Shown here: positions 36,130 through 47,400 of the stretch, one piece after another
Numbering within the stretch: position 1 is the first letter of the stretch
Layout: each line of letters starts with the position of its first letter
From: Prorocentrum cordatum
Lineage: Eukaryota
NCBI GenBank assembly: GCA_963575745.1
Contig: CAUYUJ010000327.1
Location: 1-64,000, forward strand
DNA length: 64,000 nucleotides
Reading direction: 5' to 3'
Program-made: the position numbers and the translations under genes
Notes under the pieces: generated by a model
The model's input: the letters and a program-made list of their open reading frames with translations, nothing else
Database searches by the model: none
Told to the model about the DNA's origin: nothing

Positions 36130-38870
36130 TCAGCCAACGAGGAGGTTTGAGTGGTGCCAGGAAGGGGGCCCAGAACCACGACTCCTGTTTTGAATTTCTG
36201 TTAGCATTTGCGCGCATCCACGCCTTGCTCTCGAACAGTCTGGCCAACACCAAGCCTTCTGACACGTTCGGTATCTTTGAACCAATCTCCGTTCCCATCC
36301 CCATCCCCTTCGAGACCCCAACCAAATTACCGCCCCAGTTGGGGATACACCCCTCGAAACCCGAACGGAACGACCTATATCCCCATCTAGGGGGGTAAAT
36401 CTGCCAGTGGGGCCCAGGCCACGCCGCTGAGGATGGGGATCGGTTAAACGATACTCACACGCGCCGTCAGTGAACCGTGCCTGTGGTGAGGCCAGCATTC
36501 CCGTACATGGCGTGCCATCTGGCCGTGAGGTCTCGAGGAGGGAGGGTTGGGAAGCAAGACTCGCCATCGAGACCTCGATCCCACATTCGGGCACCGAGCT
36601 CAGTGAGCCAGGCTCACGCACAGAGAACCCTCGAAAGTCAACCTTCTCAAAGTGTGCCTGCATCTCTTGCTCCTGACTGGAGCACCCCTCACATTATGTG
36701 ATGAGTACTGCAGGCTGTAGACGGGGAGCTCGCACACTTCGCCGCTTCGCAGTAGCCGCAACGAAAAATACGATCTGGAGATCACATGCCACCGCCGGCG
36801 ATGGTGCGAATAATACCAGTCGGGAGCCTCGAGACGGGGGTCAATGCAAACGGGGGTCAGCCAGGGCACCAGATCCTGCAGGATCCTGCGAAGACCCCCT
36901 CTGGCTGACCCGGGTCAGGGAGCCGCTCGTGGCCGCGAGGCGGCCGCGCCTATTGGCTGACCCGGGTTTGCGAGGATCTGCGTTGCAGTTTTTTGTTCCT
37001 GCATTGCAGTTTTTGGTTTCCTGCTGACCCGGGTCTGGATTGACCCGGGTCAGAAGATCCCCGAACCAGCGTCGCGTAGACTGGGCGTCCAGATGCTGGC
37101 AGGCGATCCTTGGGACTCTCCTGGGTCATGCTCAGCGTCCTCGGGGTCCTCAGGTACGGTAGGTTCGCGTCGTGTCGACCGGCGGCGACCCCGCCGCAGT
37201 CGTTCAACATTGAATGCCGCTGGCGACCCAGAGTCGGTCGATGTTGAACGATCGGACGTTTCCGAAAGGGACAAAGGAACCAACGCCGGGGTCGACATGA
37301 CACGAACTTGCCGTACTTCTACAGGGTCTTCCCGAGATCCACGTCTTGCCCAGGCACGTTGGGCCTCCAGGCCCATTGTTCCCAGAGCCGGCGGATCCCA
37401 GCCCCCCTCGCCAAAATGTTGATGGACGATGGGGTTTTTTTCCTGAGGTCGAGCACGCTCCCCAGGTAGATGTTTCAGGAGTACACCGAAACCGAGGTCC
37501 ACTTGAGGTCTCTGAGGGCCAAAAGCATAGCTCCAGTAGACCCACCAACATGCTGCCACGCTTTTCTTCGGAGGTATACCTTCTGTACCTACCGTTGCCA
37601 TGCCTATTGAAGGGCAGTGCTGTGCAAGGAACGATTACGGAATAACAAAGCCAATCGTAATATGGGCGCAACCCACGCCTCGATCTGAGGGTGAGTCGCC
37701 ATACAGCTTTGCAAACATGATGAGGTCCTGGAAGAGGTGCCGGCACTTGGCGTGTGCCGCGAGTGCCGTATGATTGATATTGTTTTGCTTACAAGTTGTT
37801 GCGGCGCACCGTGAATTCCAAGTCCGTAGGTCATTGCCGATGGTAGTGCCTTTTTTTTTTTTGAAATTTGCAGATCGTCGGACCAGTTTTCCTGATCAGC
37901 TTGAAACGTAGAAGTCGACGAGCAGCGAGCCGAACTCGACCGAATCTTGGTGAAGCGTAAGCTCTTTCCATAGCCAACCTCAATTCCCGAGACCTGCAGG
38001 GCACTACAATAGAGATACTCAATAGAGGTACTCAATTCGACCAAGTTGAGGGCTGCTAGAAGTAACCATCATCTTGTTCCTGGTGGTGGGGAGTCACAAC
38101 TCTTTCAGGATGTGGACCACCAGCCTAAGCACCTTGAGAGACCTGTGAGTAACCTGTATACCGTGGCCATGATGGATATGGCGATGTCGTCAGCATATAG
38201 GTCGATCGTGAGTGGGGTGTGCTGGGTGTGGTGCACGAGAGCGTCGAACGGCGACCACATGACACATTGGAGCGCACACTTGCAAACGCACACCCTGGAA
38301 GTGCACCCCCTCTGAGCCGAGACCTGCGTGGAAGATCAGCTATCTCTAGAGAGTCTTCTCGAGCTCATATACATCCGTGATGCAAGCACCATTAACTGTC
38401 CAGGAAAGCTGTGAACATTTGAGGCGCGCAATATTTTATCCAACTAGCTTGAACGACGCACTTCTCTATGTCAACGAAGGCGTGGACGCTGGCTGGAGCA
38501 TCAGGACCTTCACAGCTGCCTCCATCAGCTTGAACTCAATTTCTGGATGCAACATCTGTCGTAGACGTTTGCACGTCAAGCGCAAGGTAGGGACGGCCAA
38601 GTTTCGATGCCCAAGCCCTCACCCACGATACCCGAGCCTTAGCCAACACGCGATATATGGATGGAAGGGGCGCAATGGGACGATTCCCTCGAGCTGGTTT
38701 TGCCAGTCGAATAATGTGCAACGTGATCTCATACTTGGTCATGCCCAAGGCACAAGCCACACGCACATACAACAAAAACATCGAGATCAGCCAGCGCCCC
38801 GTTCGAGGCAAAAGCCCAGTGACGGGGCCTAAACTTGTCTGCGTCAGATCCTGTGCGATGCGGACAGTGG
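36130..38870 (-). pseudogene. Decayed, 5'-truncated LINE ORF2 related to the intact element (RT to RNase H), interrupted by younger repeats
   Basis: AKPARGNRPIAPLPSIYRV, GALPGCAFA, LYADDI, WQHVGGSTGAMLLALRDLKW, DLRKKTP..RRLWEQWA, RTIAGGG..C..C..HH, RFTDG are collinear with the intact ORF2; many frameshifts and stops. The 36130-36290 part is less certain. Confidence 0.8.
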
Positions 38871-41176
38871 GTTTTTGTTTATTCATTGCTTTGCCGATCG
38901 GCGCAGGCCCTCGCACCCTCCCCTCCACCCCCCCCCGCACCATGGAGTAGATCTTAGCTGTTTTTGGGCGCCTGTTTCGAGCAGGTGGAGCCTCCCCCAT
39001 AGGACGCACGGTCCCACACAGTCGCACTAAGCAGAGGTCCAGGGCCAGACCCCCACCCCTCCCTCCCCTTCCGCCCAACGTCGAAACGCCGAATAAAAAA
39101 AGCGTTTACAAACTGAGTCGCCTCTCTCCTGAGGTCGGGAGTACTGCGCGAAGGAAGGCGAGGCCCACAGGTGCACAGGTGCTGCATCTCGCCTATGAGA
39201 CTATACCCCGATCGACTTCCCCATGGAAGCTTTCAGGATGAACCCCTGGTCCGTCCTCCGCTGCTCTCCGCATCTTGGCCCGAGCAATGCGTTGAACCTG
39301 AACGGTGTCCCCTGGCATACCAGAGGGCCCAAGGGTGGCAGGAGGAGGAGGAGGAGGAGGAGAGGAGGAGGAGGAGGTGGAGGAGGAGGAGGAGGAGGAG
39401 GAGGAGGAGGAGACCAGGGCGTGCGCGGCACCTGACCAGCTCTCGCAGTAATGGGACGGGCGCCGGGTGTGCGCGGCACATACCCAACCCTCGCAGGAAC
39501 CATCTTTTTTCCTCCTCCTCATCCTTTACTTCAGTGCCTCGCTGCGGCCTTCGTGACTCGGTGCCGTCGGGAAGAAAAATAGGGGGAAGGGGAGGAGGAG
39601 GAGGAGGAGGAGGAGGAGGAGGAGGAGGAGGAGAGGAGGAGGAGGAGGAGGAGAGGAGTAGGGGGAGGGGGAGGGGAGGAGGAGGAGGAGGAGGAGGAGG
39701 AGAGGAGGAGGAGGAGGAGGAGGAGGAGGAGGAGGAGGAGGAGGAGGAGCAGGAGAAGGATGAGGAGGGAGGAGGAGGATAATGGGAAGTGTTTCATTGC
39801 TAGGCGGGGGCGTCCCTGGGCCCGCTCTTCCTGGAGGGGGGCTCTGTCTCCGAGTGTGCCCCGGAGCGGCCCGCTCGAGGCGCTTTGCCTTGCAGGCAGC
39901 AAGGCACGTCAAGCAACTCCTCCTCCTCCTCCCTCCTCCTCCTCCCCTCCTCCTCCTCCTCCTCCTCCTCCTCCTCCCTCCCCCTCCTCCTCCCCTCCTC
40001 CTCCCCCTCCCCTCCTCCTCCTCCCCCTCCTCCTCCTCCTCCTCCTCCCCTCCTCCTCTCTCCTCCTTCCTCCGGCGTGCCCCACGCAAGTGTTTGATCC
40101 CCGGATGGCTCCCGGGGCCCACCCGAGCCCCGGAGGTCCCATCGGGCAGCTCCAAGCTCGACGACACTGGTGCCCTCAGAGTTTGCACCTCAAGAGGCAT
40201 TGCCGCGTGTGTCCGCTGCCTGCGGTCGGGAACCTTAGCTCAGCGAGTCGCGCCACCGGCCCTGGCCCTCCGCGCTTCGGCACGGCACGTGGAGCACGCC
40301 CCAGTGCCGGCCGCAGGCATCAGCACCTGCGAGCTCTTGCCAGCCTCCCGCCCCGCGAGGCAGAGCGACACGCCGTCAGCCTGCAAGGCACGCAGTCGAA
40401 ACCGATGATGATCATGGGGAACCTTCCCTGGGGTACCCTCCTCCTCCTCCTCCTCCTTCTCCTCCTCCTTCTCCTGCTCCTCCTCCTCCTCCTCCGCCTC
40501 CTCCTCCTCCTGCTCCTCCTCCTCCGCCTCCTCCTCCTGCTTCTCCTGCTCATCCTCCTCCTCCGCCTCAGCCTCCTCCTCCTCCTCCTCCTCCTCCTCC
40601 TCCTCCTCCTCCTCCTCCTCCACCTGTGCCTCCTCGGTTCATCCTGAACCCCTCTCGATTGCCAGCCCCCCTCGAAAAGCTTCGATATGCGCGTCCAAGA
40701 GGCTCGCGCCCTTATCGCGCATCCTTGTCAGCTGACTGCAGCGTGCCGGAGGGGTCGCCGTCGCGACGCGCCCAGCCAAACTTCAGCTGGCCGTGGAGGG
40801 GAGGCAGGCCGAGGGCAGGCTCGGCTCCGCAGCCCTCCGCGCTCCGCAGCCGGGGGGGGCCGCCCGCTGGCCGGGGCCTCCTCGAGCACCCGAGAGGGAC
40901 AATCCGAGGCGGGAGTCTACACGTGACCACCGCCTGGAGGATCAATTTTCGAGGACCTCGGCAGGCGGTGGGTATGGACATGTTCGGGCCCCCGGGGGCC
41001 AGAATACATCCATATCCGCCGCCCGCTGGGGCATCAGGGCGTCGGTTCCCAGGCGGTGGATATGGGTAAATCCCCGTCTCGCAGACAGGGACAAGAAAGA
41101 AGAGCGAGGTTGGAAACGTGTTGAGCCAGCGGGCGCAAGCGAGTCGAAGCTGGTGCATGCGCTGGTCGGGCTACGG

Positions 41177-41336
41177 TTAAGTGGCACGTCCCTCTACAGG
41201 AGGAATATTCAAAAATAGTCGAACAACACTCTGGGGACGAGCTGTTGTATTATGTTTGGCAGTGTTTGAGCAGTTGTTGGATTATGTTTTTATCTTTCGC
41301 CCCAAATCCGCCTGTAGGAGGACATGCCCGACCTAA
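41177..41336 (+). mobile_element. MITE family A copy
   Basis: TIRs (left one degenerate); perfect TSD ggctacgg. Confidence 0.85.
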
Positions 41337-41769
41337 GGCTACGGGCGGGACACACCAGGAACGAATTGAAGCACAGAAGCGGGGGGAGGGCGCGGGAGAG
41401 GCGAAGAGGCGGGATCCGTCGCGGGCGTGCCTAGGGAGTGCAAGGCGCCGAGGCTCGTGGTGACCCAAAGGGGGTCCTGCTGAACGGGGGCTGTGCAATA
41501 CATTTGGGGCAATTGTATTGCAAATGTGTTGCACCCGAGAATTGCATTGCATTGTATTGCAAGTAACGTATTGCCCGCGAAAATGCAGCAATACATCTGC
41601 GCCCCGAATTGTATTGCACGCCCCAAAAGTACTGCAACCCCACAGATCTACTGCACCAATCTATTGCATCACCCCCTTGTCGCTGGACACCCTCCGAGGG
41701 GCGCGGCTGCGTTACAGGCATTAAATGGCCGGAGCCCGCCCAGGACCGTGAAGGGGTCCGGCGAATGGG

Positions 41770-42225
41770 AACATCAGAGCCCCGAATCATCAGGGGTAAC
41801 TCGGGTCAGTGCTAACTCGGGTTCGTTTTCGGGAATCCGAACCCGAGTTGCCCTGGGCCCGAGTTACCCTGGATACTTCGGGCGTCCAGAGCCCCAAATA
41901 ATCAGGGGTAACTCGGCTCAGGGCTAACTCGGGTTAATTTTGCTCGGGGATCCCAACCCGAGTTATCCTGGGCCCGAGTTACCCCGGATACTTCGGGCGT
42001 CCAGAGCCCCAAAACAGGGTAACTCTGGTCAGGGCTAACTGGGTTCGTTTTTTTTTCCGGAAATACAAACCCGAGTTACCCTGGGCTCGAGTTAACCTGG
42101 ATACTTCGGGCGTCCAGAGCCCCAAATCAGGGTAACTCGGGTCAGGGCCAACTGGGTTTTTCTTTGGAAATCCAAACCCGAGTTACCCTGGGCCCGAGTT
42201 ACCCCAGATAACTCGGGCGCCCAAG
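41770..42225. repeat. ~113-bp tandem array of four hairpin-forming units
   Basis: cagagcccc at ~41775, 41887, 42002, 42115; each unit carries gggtaactcggg...cccgagttaccc. Confidence 0.85.
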
Positions 42226-42843
42226 AACACATGGGGCGGTCCATAAAGGGCCTCGCCTTCGAGGATCGAAGGAGTTGTCGCCGCTTCCTCGGCGGAAGGG
42301 CGGCGGGAGGAAATGGGGGCGGCTCCGCCGGCGGAAGCCTGCGGCAACAAAAGATGCGCCGCCGAGAGATGGCGCGGTGTTCTGGTTCAGGGTTTCTGGA
42401 ACGGTTTTCGGGGTTCCTGGAACCCGCCACATGACTCGGCCGGCCTTGGCGTGGGCCAGATGCACACGGGGGTCAGTGCTACAGCGTGGGTCAGCCACTC
42501 CCCTCTGGCTGACCTGGGCTTGCCGGGCCGAACGAAAGGCGGGGACAGGGAAAGGGGGGTACGAACTCTGCACTGCATGCAGCTGGTTTCGGCCCCGCTG
42601 CCGGGCCCATTCCTCGATGCATGGGCGCCTCCAGGCGCCGCCTCCCGGCGCCGGGAGGCGCTGGGAAAATCAGCTACGTGAGCTGACCCTCTACCCTACC
42701 CTTTGCTAACTCCCCCCTCGCGTTCCCCCCCATGTTTGGGAGCCGCGTGGGGCCGGCTCCCCCTTCTCCGCCCTCCGCCCTCCGCCGACCCGGGTCTGGG
42801 AGCTGTTGAGCGGCCGGCCAGGCTTGGCGGCAGAGCCCCAGAC

Positions 42844-42994
42844 TTCAGTCGGGCACGTGGAGAATTGATCAAAAATGGTCGAAACATAGCCTGGGGACGA
42901 TTTGTTTAAACTATGATTGGACTACTTTTGAGTTTTTTTTGCTTTTTTTATTATTCGCCCAGAATCCGCCTGTAGCAGAACATGCCCGACCTAG
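42844..42994 (+). mobile_element. MITE family A copy
   Basis: TIRs (left one partly deleted); TSD ccccagac/ccctagac. Confidence 0.75.
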
Positions 42995-43432
42995 CCCTAG
43001 ACGACCCGGGTTTGGGCTGACACGGGTTGGTGTGTCCCCGAATGCACATGTGACCGGACGGGGCTAGGACGAGGGTAAATCCGTTCCAGAGCGTTCCGGG
43101 ATGCTCTCAGAGCGCTCTGGAACGCTCTGAGAAGGCCGCGGCGCCCGAGACATCCTCCAGAGCCGCCAGATCTCGAAGATTTCTCGATCTATCCTCACCC
43201 GATGTTATCTTCGTTTTGGTCTCGCCTCATGTGCCCCCGTCTGCACACGTGGGGCCTGCCAGAAAAAAGGGCCTCGCGCGAGGCGCGCCTCGCCTCTGTG
43301 TGGAGGCCGGCGGAGGTACAGAATGGTGGCAGTTTCGCCAGCGGAAGGGCGGCGGAAGCAGAACGGAGACTGTAGATTCAAGGTCTCTGGAGTCGGCTCC
43401 TGCCTCCTCCTGCCTCCTGCCTCCTCCTCCTC

Positions 43433-43463
<31 letters not shown>

Positions 43464-44478
43464 TCCCCTCCTCCTCCTCCTCCTCCTCCTCCTCCTCCTC
43501 CTCCCCCCTCCTCCTCCTGGCTCCTCCTCCTCCCCCCTCCCCCGGGGGGCGGGCGCGGGACCGCCGGGCACGGGCACGCAGGCGCCCGGCGCCGCTGCGG
43601 TGCCAGCGGCGGCCTCCACCGACCGGGGGGGGGCGGGGGAGAGGAAACACACGGACACAATAAATCGTCGACTCCCACGAAAGTAGGGGAAAATATGGGA
43701 AGTGGGGGGGAGGACGAAAACCCAGAAACTATGTGGAAACATGTGGAATCCTGGGATTTGTGTATATATATATATACATACATACATACATACATACATA
43801 CATACATACATACATACATGCATACATGCATACATCTATATCTATATATGTGTGTGTGTACCCCTGGGCCCCTTTAGCTATGTGGCAGGAGGTCTGGCCA
43901 GCGCCTGGCCTCTCTGTGGCCAGGCAGGCTGCCCCTCCCGCACGTGGGGCCAGCACGGGTGGCCTCGGTATGTTCCGCCCGTGAGTCCAGCCCCGTGTGT
44001 TTCCACCTCCCCCTCCTCCTCCCACCCTCCTCCTCCTCCTCCTCCTCCTCCTCTCCTCTCCTTCTCCTCCTCCTCCCACCCTCCTCCTCCTTCTCTCACT
44101 CTCCTCCTCCTCCTCCTCCTCCTCCTCCTCCTCCTCCCTCCTCCTCCTCCTCCTCCTCCTCCTTCCCTCCCACCATCCTCCCACCCTCCTCCTCCTTCTC
44201 CCACTCTCCTCCTTCTCCTCCTCCTCCCTCCTCCTCCTCCTCCTCCTCCTCCTCCTCCTCCTCCTCCTCCACCTTCTCCTTCTCCTTCTCCTTCTCCCAT
44301 TCTCCTCCTCCTCCTCCTCCTCCTCCTCCTCCTCCTCTCCTCCTCCTCCTCCTCCCTCCTCCTCCTCCTCCTCCTCCTCCTCCTCCTCCTCCTCCTCCTC
44401 CTGCTCCTCCTCCTCTTTTTTGACTGGGGGGCTCTTGGGGATGGGCCTCAGGACCACACATCACCTTGGCCAAACAGG

Positions 44479-47400
44479 TCAATCCTGCTCTCGCACGGGC
44501 TTTCCCGTGTACGGATTCTTACCGTCCAGGATTCGATCACGATAGAGCTTCCGCCACCGATGGGCGGCAATACCCTTCGTCAAGGGGCCCTCGCATTCCC
44601 GCAACAACTTCTGGGCTCGGGAACGGGCGAAAGCCCCACAAATTCGGCACACAGCATAACCCACCTTCTCGACCACTTCGTGTTCCCGAGGTGGGGGCGG
44701 GGGTGAAACCTGGGACCCAGACCCCCTCGCCTCCGCAGCCCTCTCAGCCGCGGCGGCACGGATCTGGTCCGTCACACACTCGCCGTGGACCAGGGCCTTG
44801 ACTTTCAAACAGGCCCTGCCTTTTGAAATGGTTCCCCCCCATCCAGGGCACAACTCCCGCTTGGCCATGCTGAGACGAGCGGCCACACGGACGAGGCGAG
44901 AGCACTCCAGACATTGCCATTTACCACCCTCTAGGAGCCTAAAACGGTGGGCCCGCTCAGGCGCGACTGCCAAAGGGCGGGCAATACGTTCGCTCCTCCG
45001 AGTCCGACCAGCAGGGGACGGCAGGCTCGTGGTGGTAGCTTTGGCTTCACTAAGATGCACACGGAAATATGCTGCATACTGTAACAGCCTCTTCTGCAAT
45101 TTAAGACACTTCTGGACCTGTTCCACCTTGCACTTTGGGGCGGCATAGGGGTCAGCTCCCTGTCTTGCACGAGCGTCCGCACACCTATTCATGTCATAGT
45201 GCACAAGACTCTCACCAGAAAGACAGGCCCTTTGGACCTTTGTCATGTGAGACTTAATCTTGACTACTTGAAGGGACTCTCCTGGGATGAGACACTGATC
45301 CTCCAGGGCATCCCAAACAAGCTTCCAAAGGTGCGCGGTCATCTGTTCGCTATTCACACAAAATTCTTTGCCCGCCAAGAGCCCCTGAACGACCTGCTTG
45401 CTATCTATCAGGAGCCCTACGAGCCCTACCGAATGCTTTACAGCCTGGTACACGGCCCAGATCTCACAGTGGGCCGACGTGGGCCTCGCAACTGGCACAG
45501 CACCGAACAATGACTGAGTCTCACTTTTCTTTTCAGCGCTCCAGGTGATGGCGGCGAAGCCTCCCGTGGAAACCTCCCCCACGTCGGGGGACAGGGCGCA
45601 TCCGTCCGTGGCCACCCAGCCCGACAGGACCATCTCCCCGTCAGGGTCGCCCCACTGGTACTCGTCGGGCGGCGTGGGCACCTGGTAGTCGGCCACGGGA
45701 TCCGCGATCAAGCCGCGAGCCCATTTCCAGAAGAGCGTGTCACCGCCTCTGCAGCCCTGCTCCTCCTTCGTGGCGGCCGTCTCGCCCAAATGCACCACGT
45801 CTCGAAAATTGTGCTTGAGATTCGGCTCCGTGAGCCCATCACGAATCGTGACACATACATCTGCATCACAAAGAAAATACACATGCCGCAAAGTGCCCTT
45901 CTTCTTGCCGCACAGAGGGCACAGAGGACTCGTGACCTGGCCGCGCTCGTAGCACACCGTCTGTACAGGGTAACCTCCTAGCGCGACCGTTCTGGCACTG
46001 TTGATGTGGTGTCTCGTCCAGGTCTCCGTGGGCTTGGAGCGCATGAGCTGCTTGACTGGCAACAGGAAGGGGGTGGGGCGGAGCGGCTGGCGCTCCTCAT
46101 CAGCGAGCGCCCAGTCCATGAGCTTCTTCTTTGCGACCGCCCTCTCTGCCGACCGCAGGATCTCGAGGGGGGCGACCTCGCGGATGTCCCACTTGCCGTG
46201 GACGCCGTCGAGGATGGTCCAGGCGTCCTCCATGTGCCACCCCAACTCGTGCACCGTCAGAATGGTGGCAGCCGCTGGCCCCCGCACCATCTTCCAGGCG
46301 TCGAACTTGGCGGGGCCATAGGTGAGAGCACGCTGCACCTTGGGCCACTGGCGGCCCCGCGCGTGGGCCATCTCCTTCCGTCTCTCGGGCTGGCCCCAGG
46401 CCTCGCGTAGCCATGCCCGAAGAGGGGCGAGCTTGAGCTGCTCGGCGCCGTCCGTCCTCGGCGCGATCGCCCAGCCCAACGTGCCCGAACGAAAGGTTCC
46501 AGCCCCCGCGCGCACAGCAGCTGTCTTGGCCATGAGGAACTTGAGGACGGCAGGAGGGGTGCCAGCGCAGGTCGCCCCATATGCAACTGACGCTTTGAGG
46601 CCTTGCTGCACCACAGGGCGTACCCTCACCCCTCGTCGCTTGAGGGCCGCCGCCTTGTGCCAGCGGCCTCGGGCAGTCTTGACCCGTCTGGCTCTGGTGG
46701 CCTTCTTCCGAGGGCCCTGGGGTTGGTAGTCCACGCCCAACCAGCGCTCGCTCTCGCCGTGCTGCAGGCCGATGTCCGCCATGGGCTGTGCCAGCTCCTG
46801 TGCCAAGGAGCCGTCGCTGGAGACGAACTTGGACTTGCCTCCCTCACCCTTCGAGACCTTGAGCTGCAGCAGCGACTCCAAGAGGCGGATGAGGGTGCGG
46901 GCCAGGTCGGGGAAGATCACCTTCAGCTGTGTGCTCCTGCCCACCATCCGCAGGGCTAGGTCGTCAACAAACTTCGTGATCTCCAGCTTGGCCCCTGGCC
47001 ATCGGGCCACCACGCCCAGGATCGGATACAGCACAATCTTCAGGAAGCGATTGGCATACTTCGACCCAGCGGGCAACCCCACGTAGGTGCAAATGGCGTC
47101 GGCGACGGCCTGGCCCTTTCGGACCGCCCGAGGGAAAGCGTACGACTCCAGAGAAAGGGCCAATACACTCATGGGTGCTTGCTGCACCATGCCGAGAATC
47201 CAAATCAAATTGAGCGCTACATATTCATACGCCTTCTCCAAATCCATCAAGGCGGTGAGGGACGCGAAGCAGGTACCTTCCAGGGCCTCGTCGTCCAGCA
47301 TCGCTCTCCAAACAGCATGCTCACTGCTGCGCCCTGGTGATGCCCAGTCGTAGGGCCTCACGTGTGCCCGCTCCCACCGCCGAATCAAGGGATCACGAAC

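Noticed and set aside
35880..39115. LTR retrotransposon (RT fragment between direct repeats)
   Set aside because: The RT is LINE-type, there is no gag/protease/integrase, no TG..CA ends or PBS were seen, and the repeats are clearly diverged.
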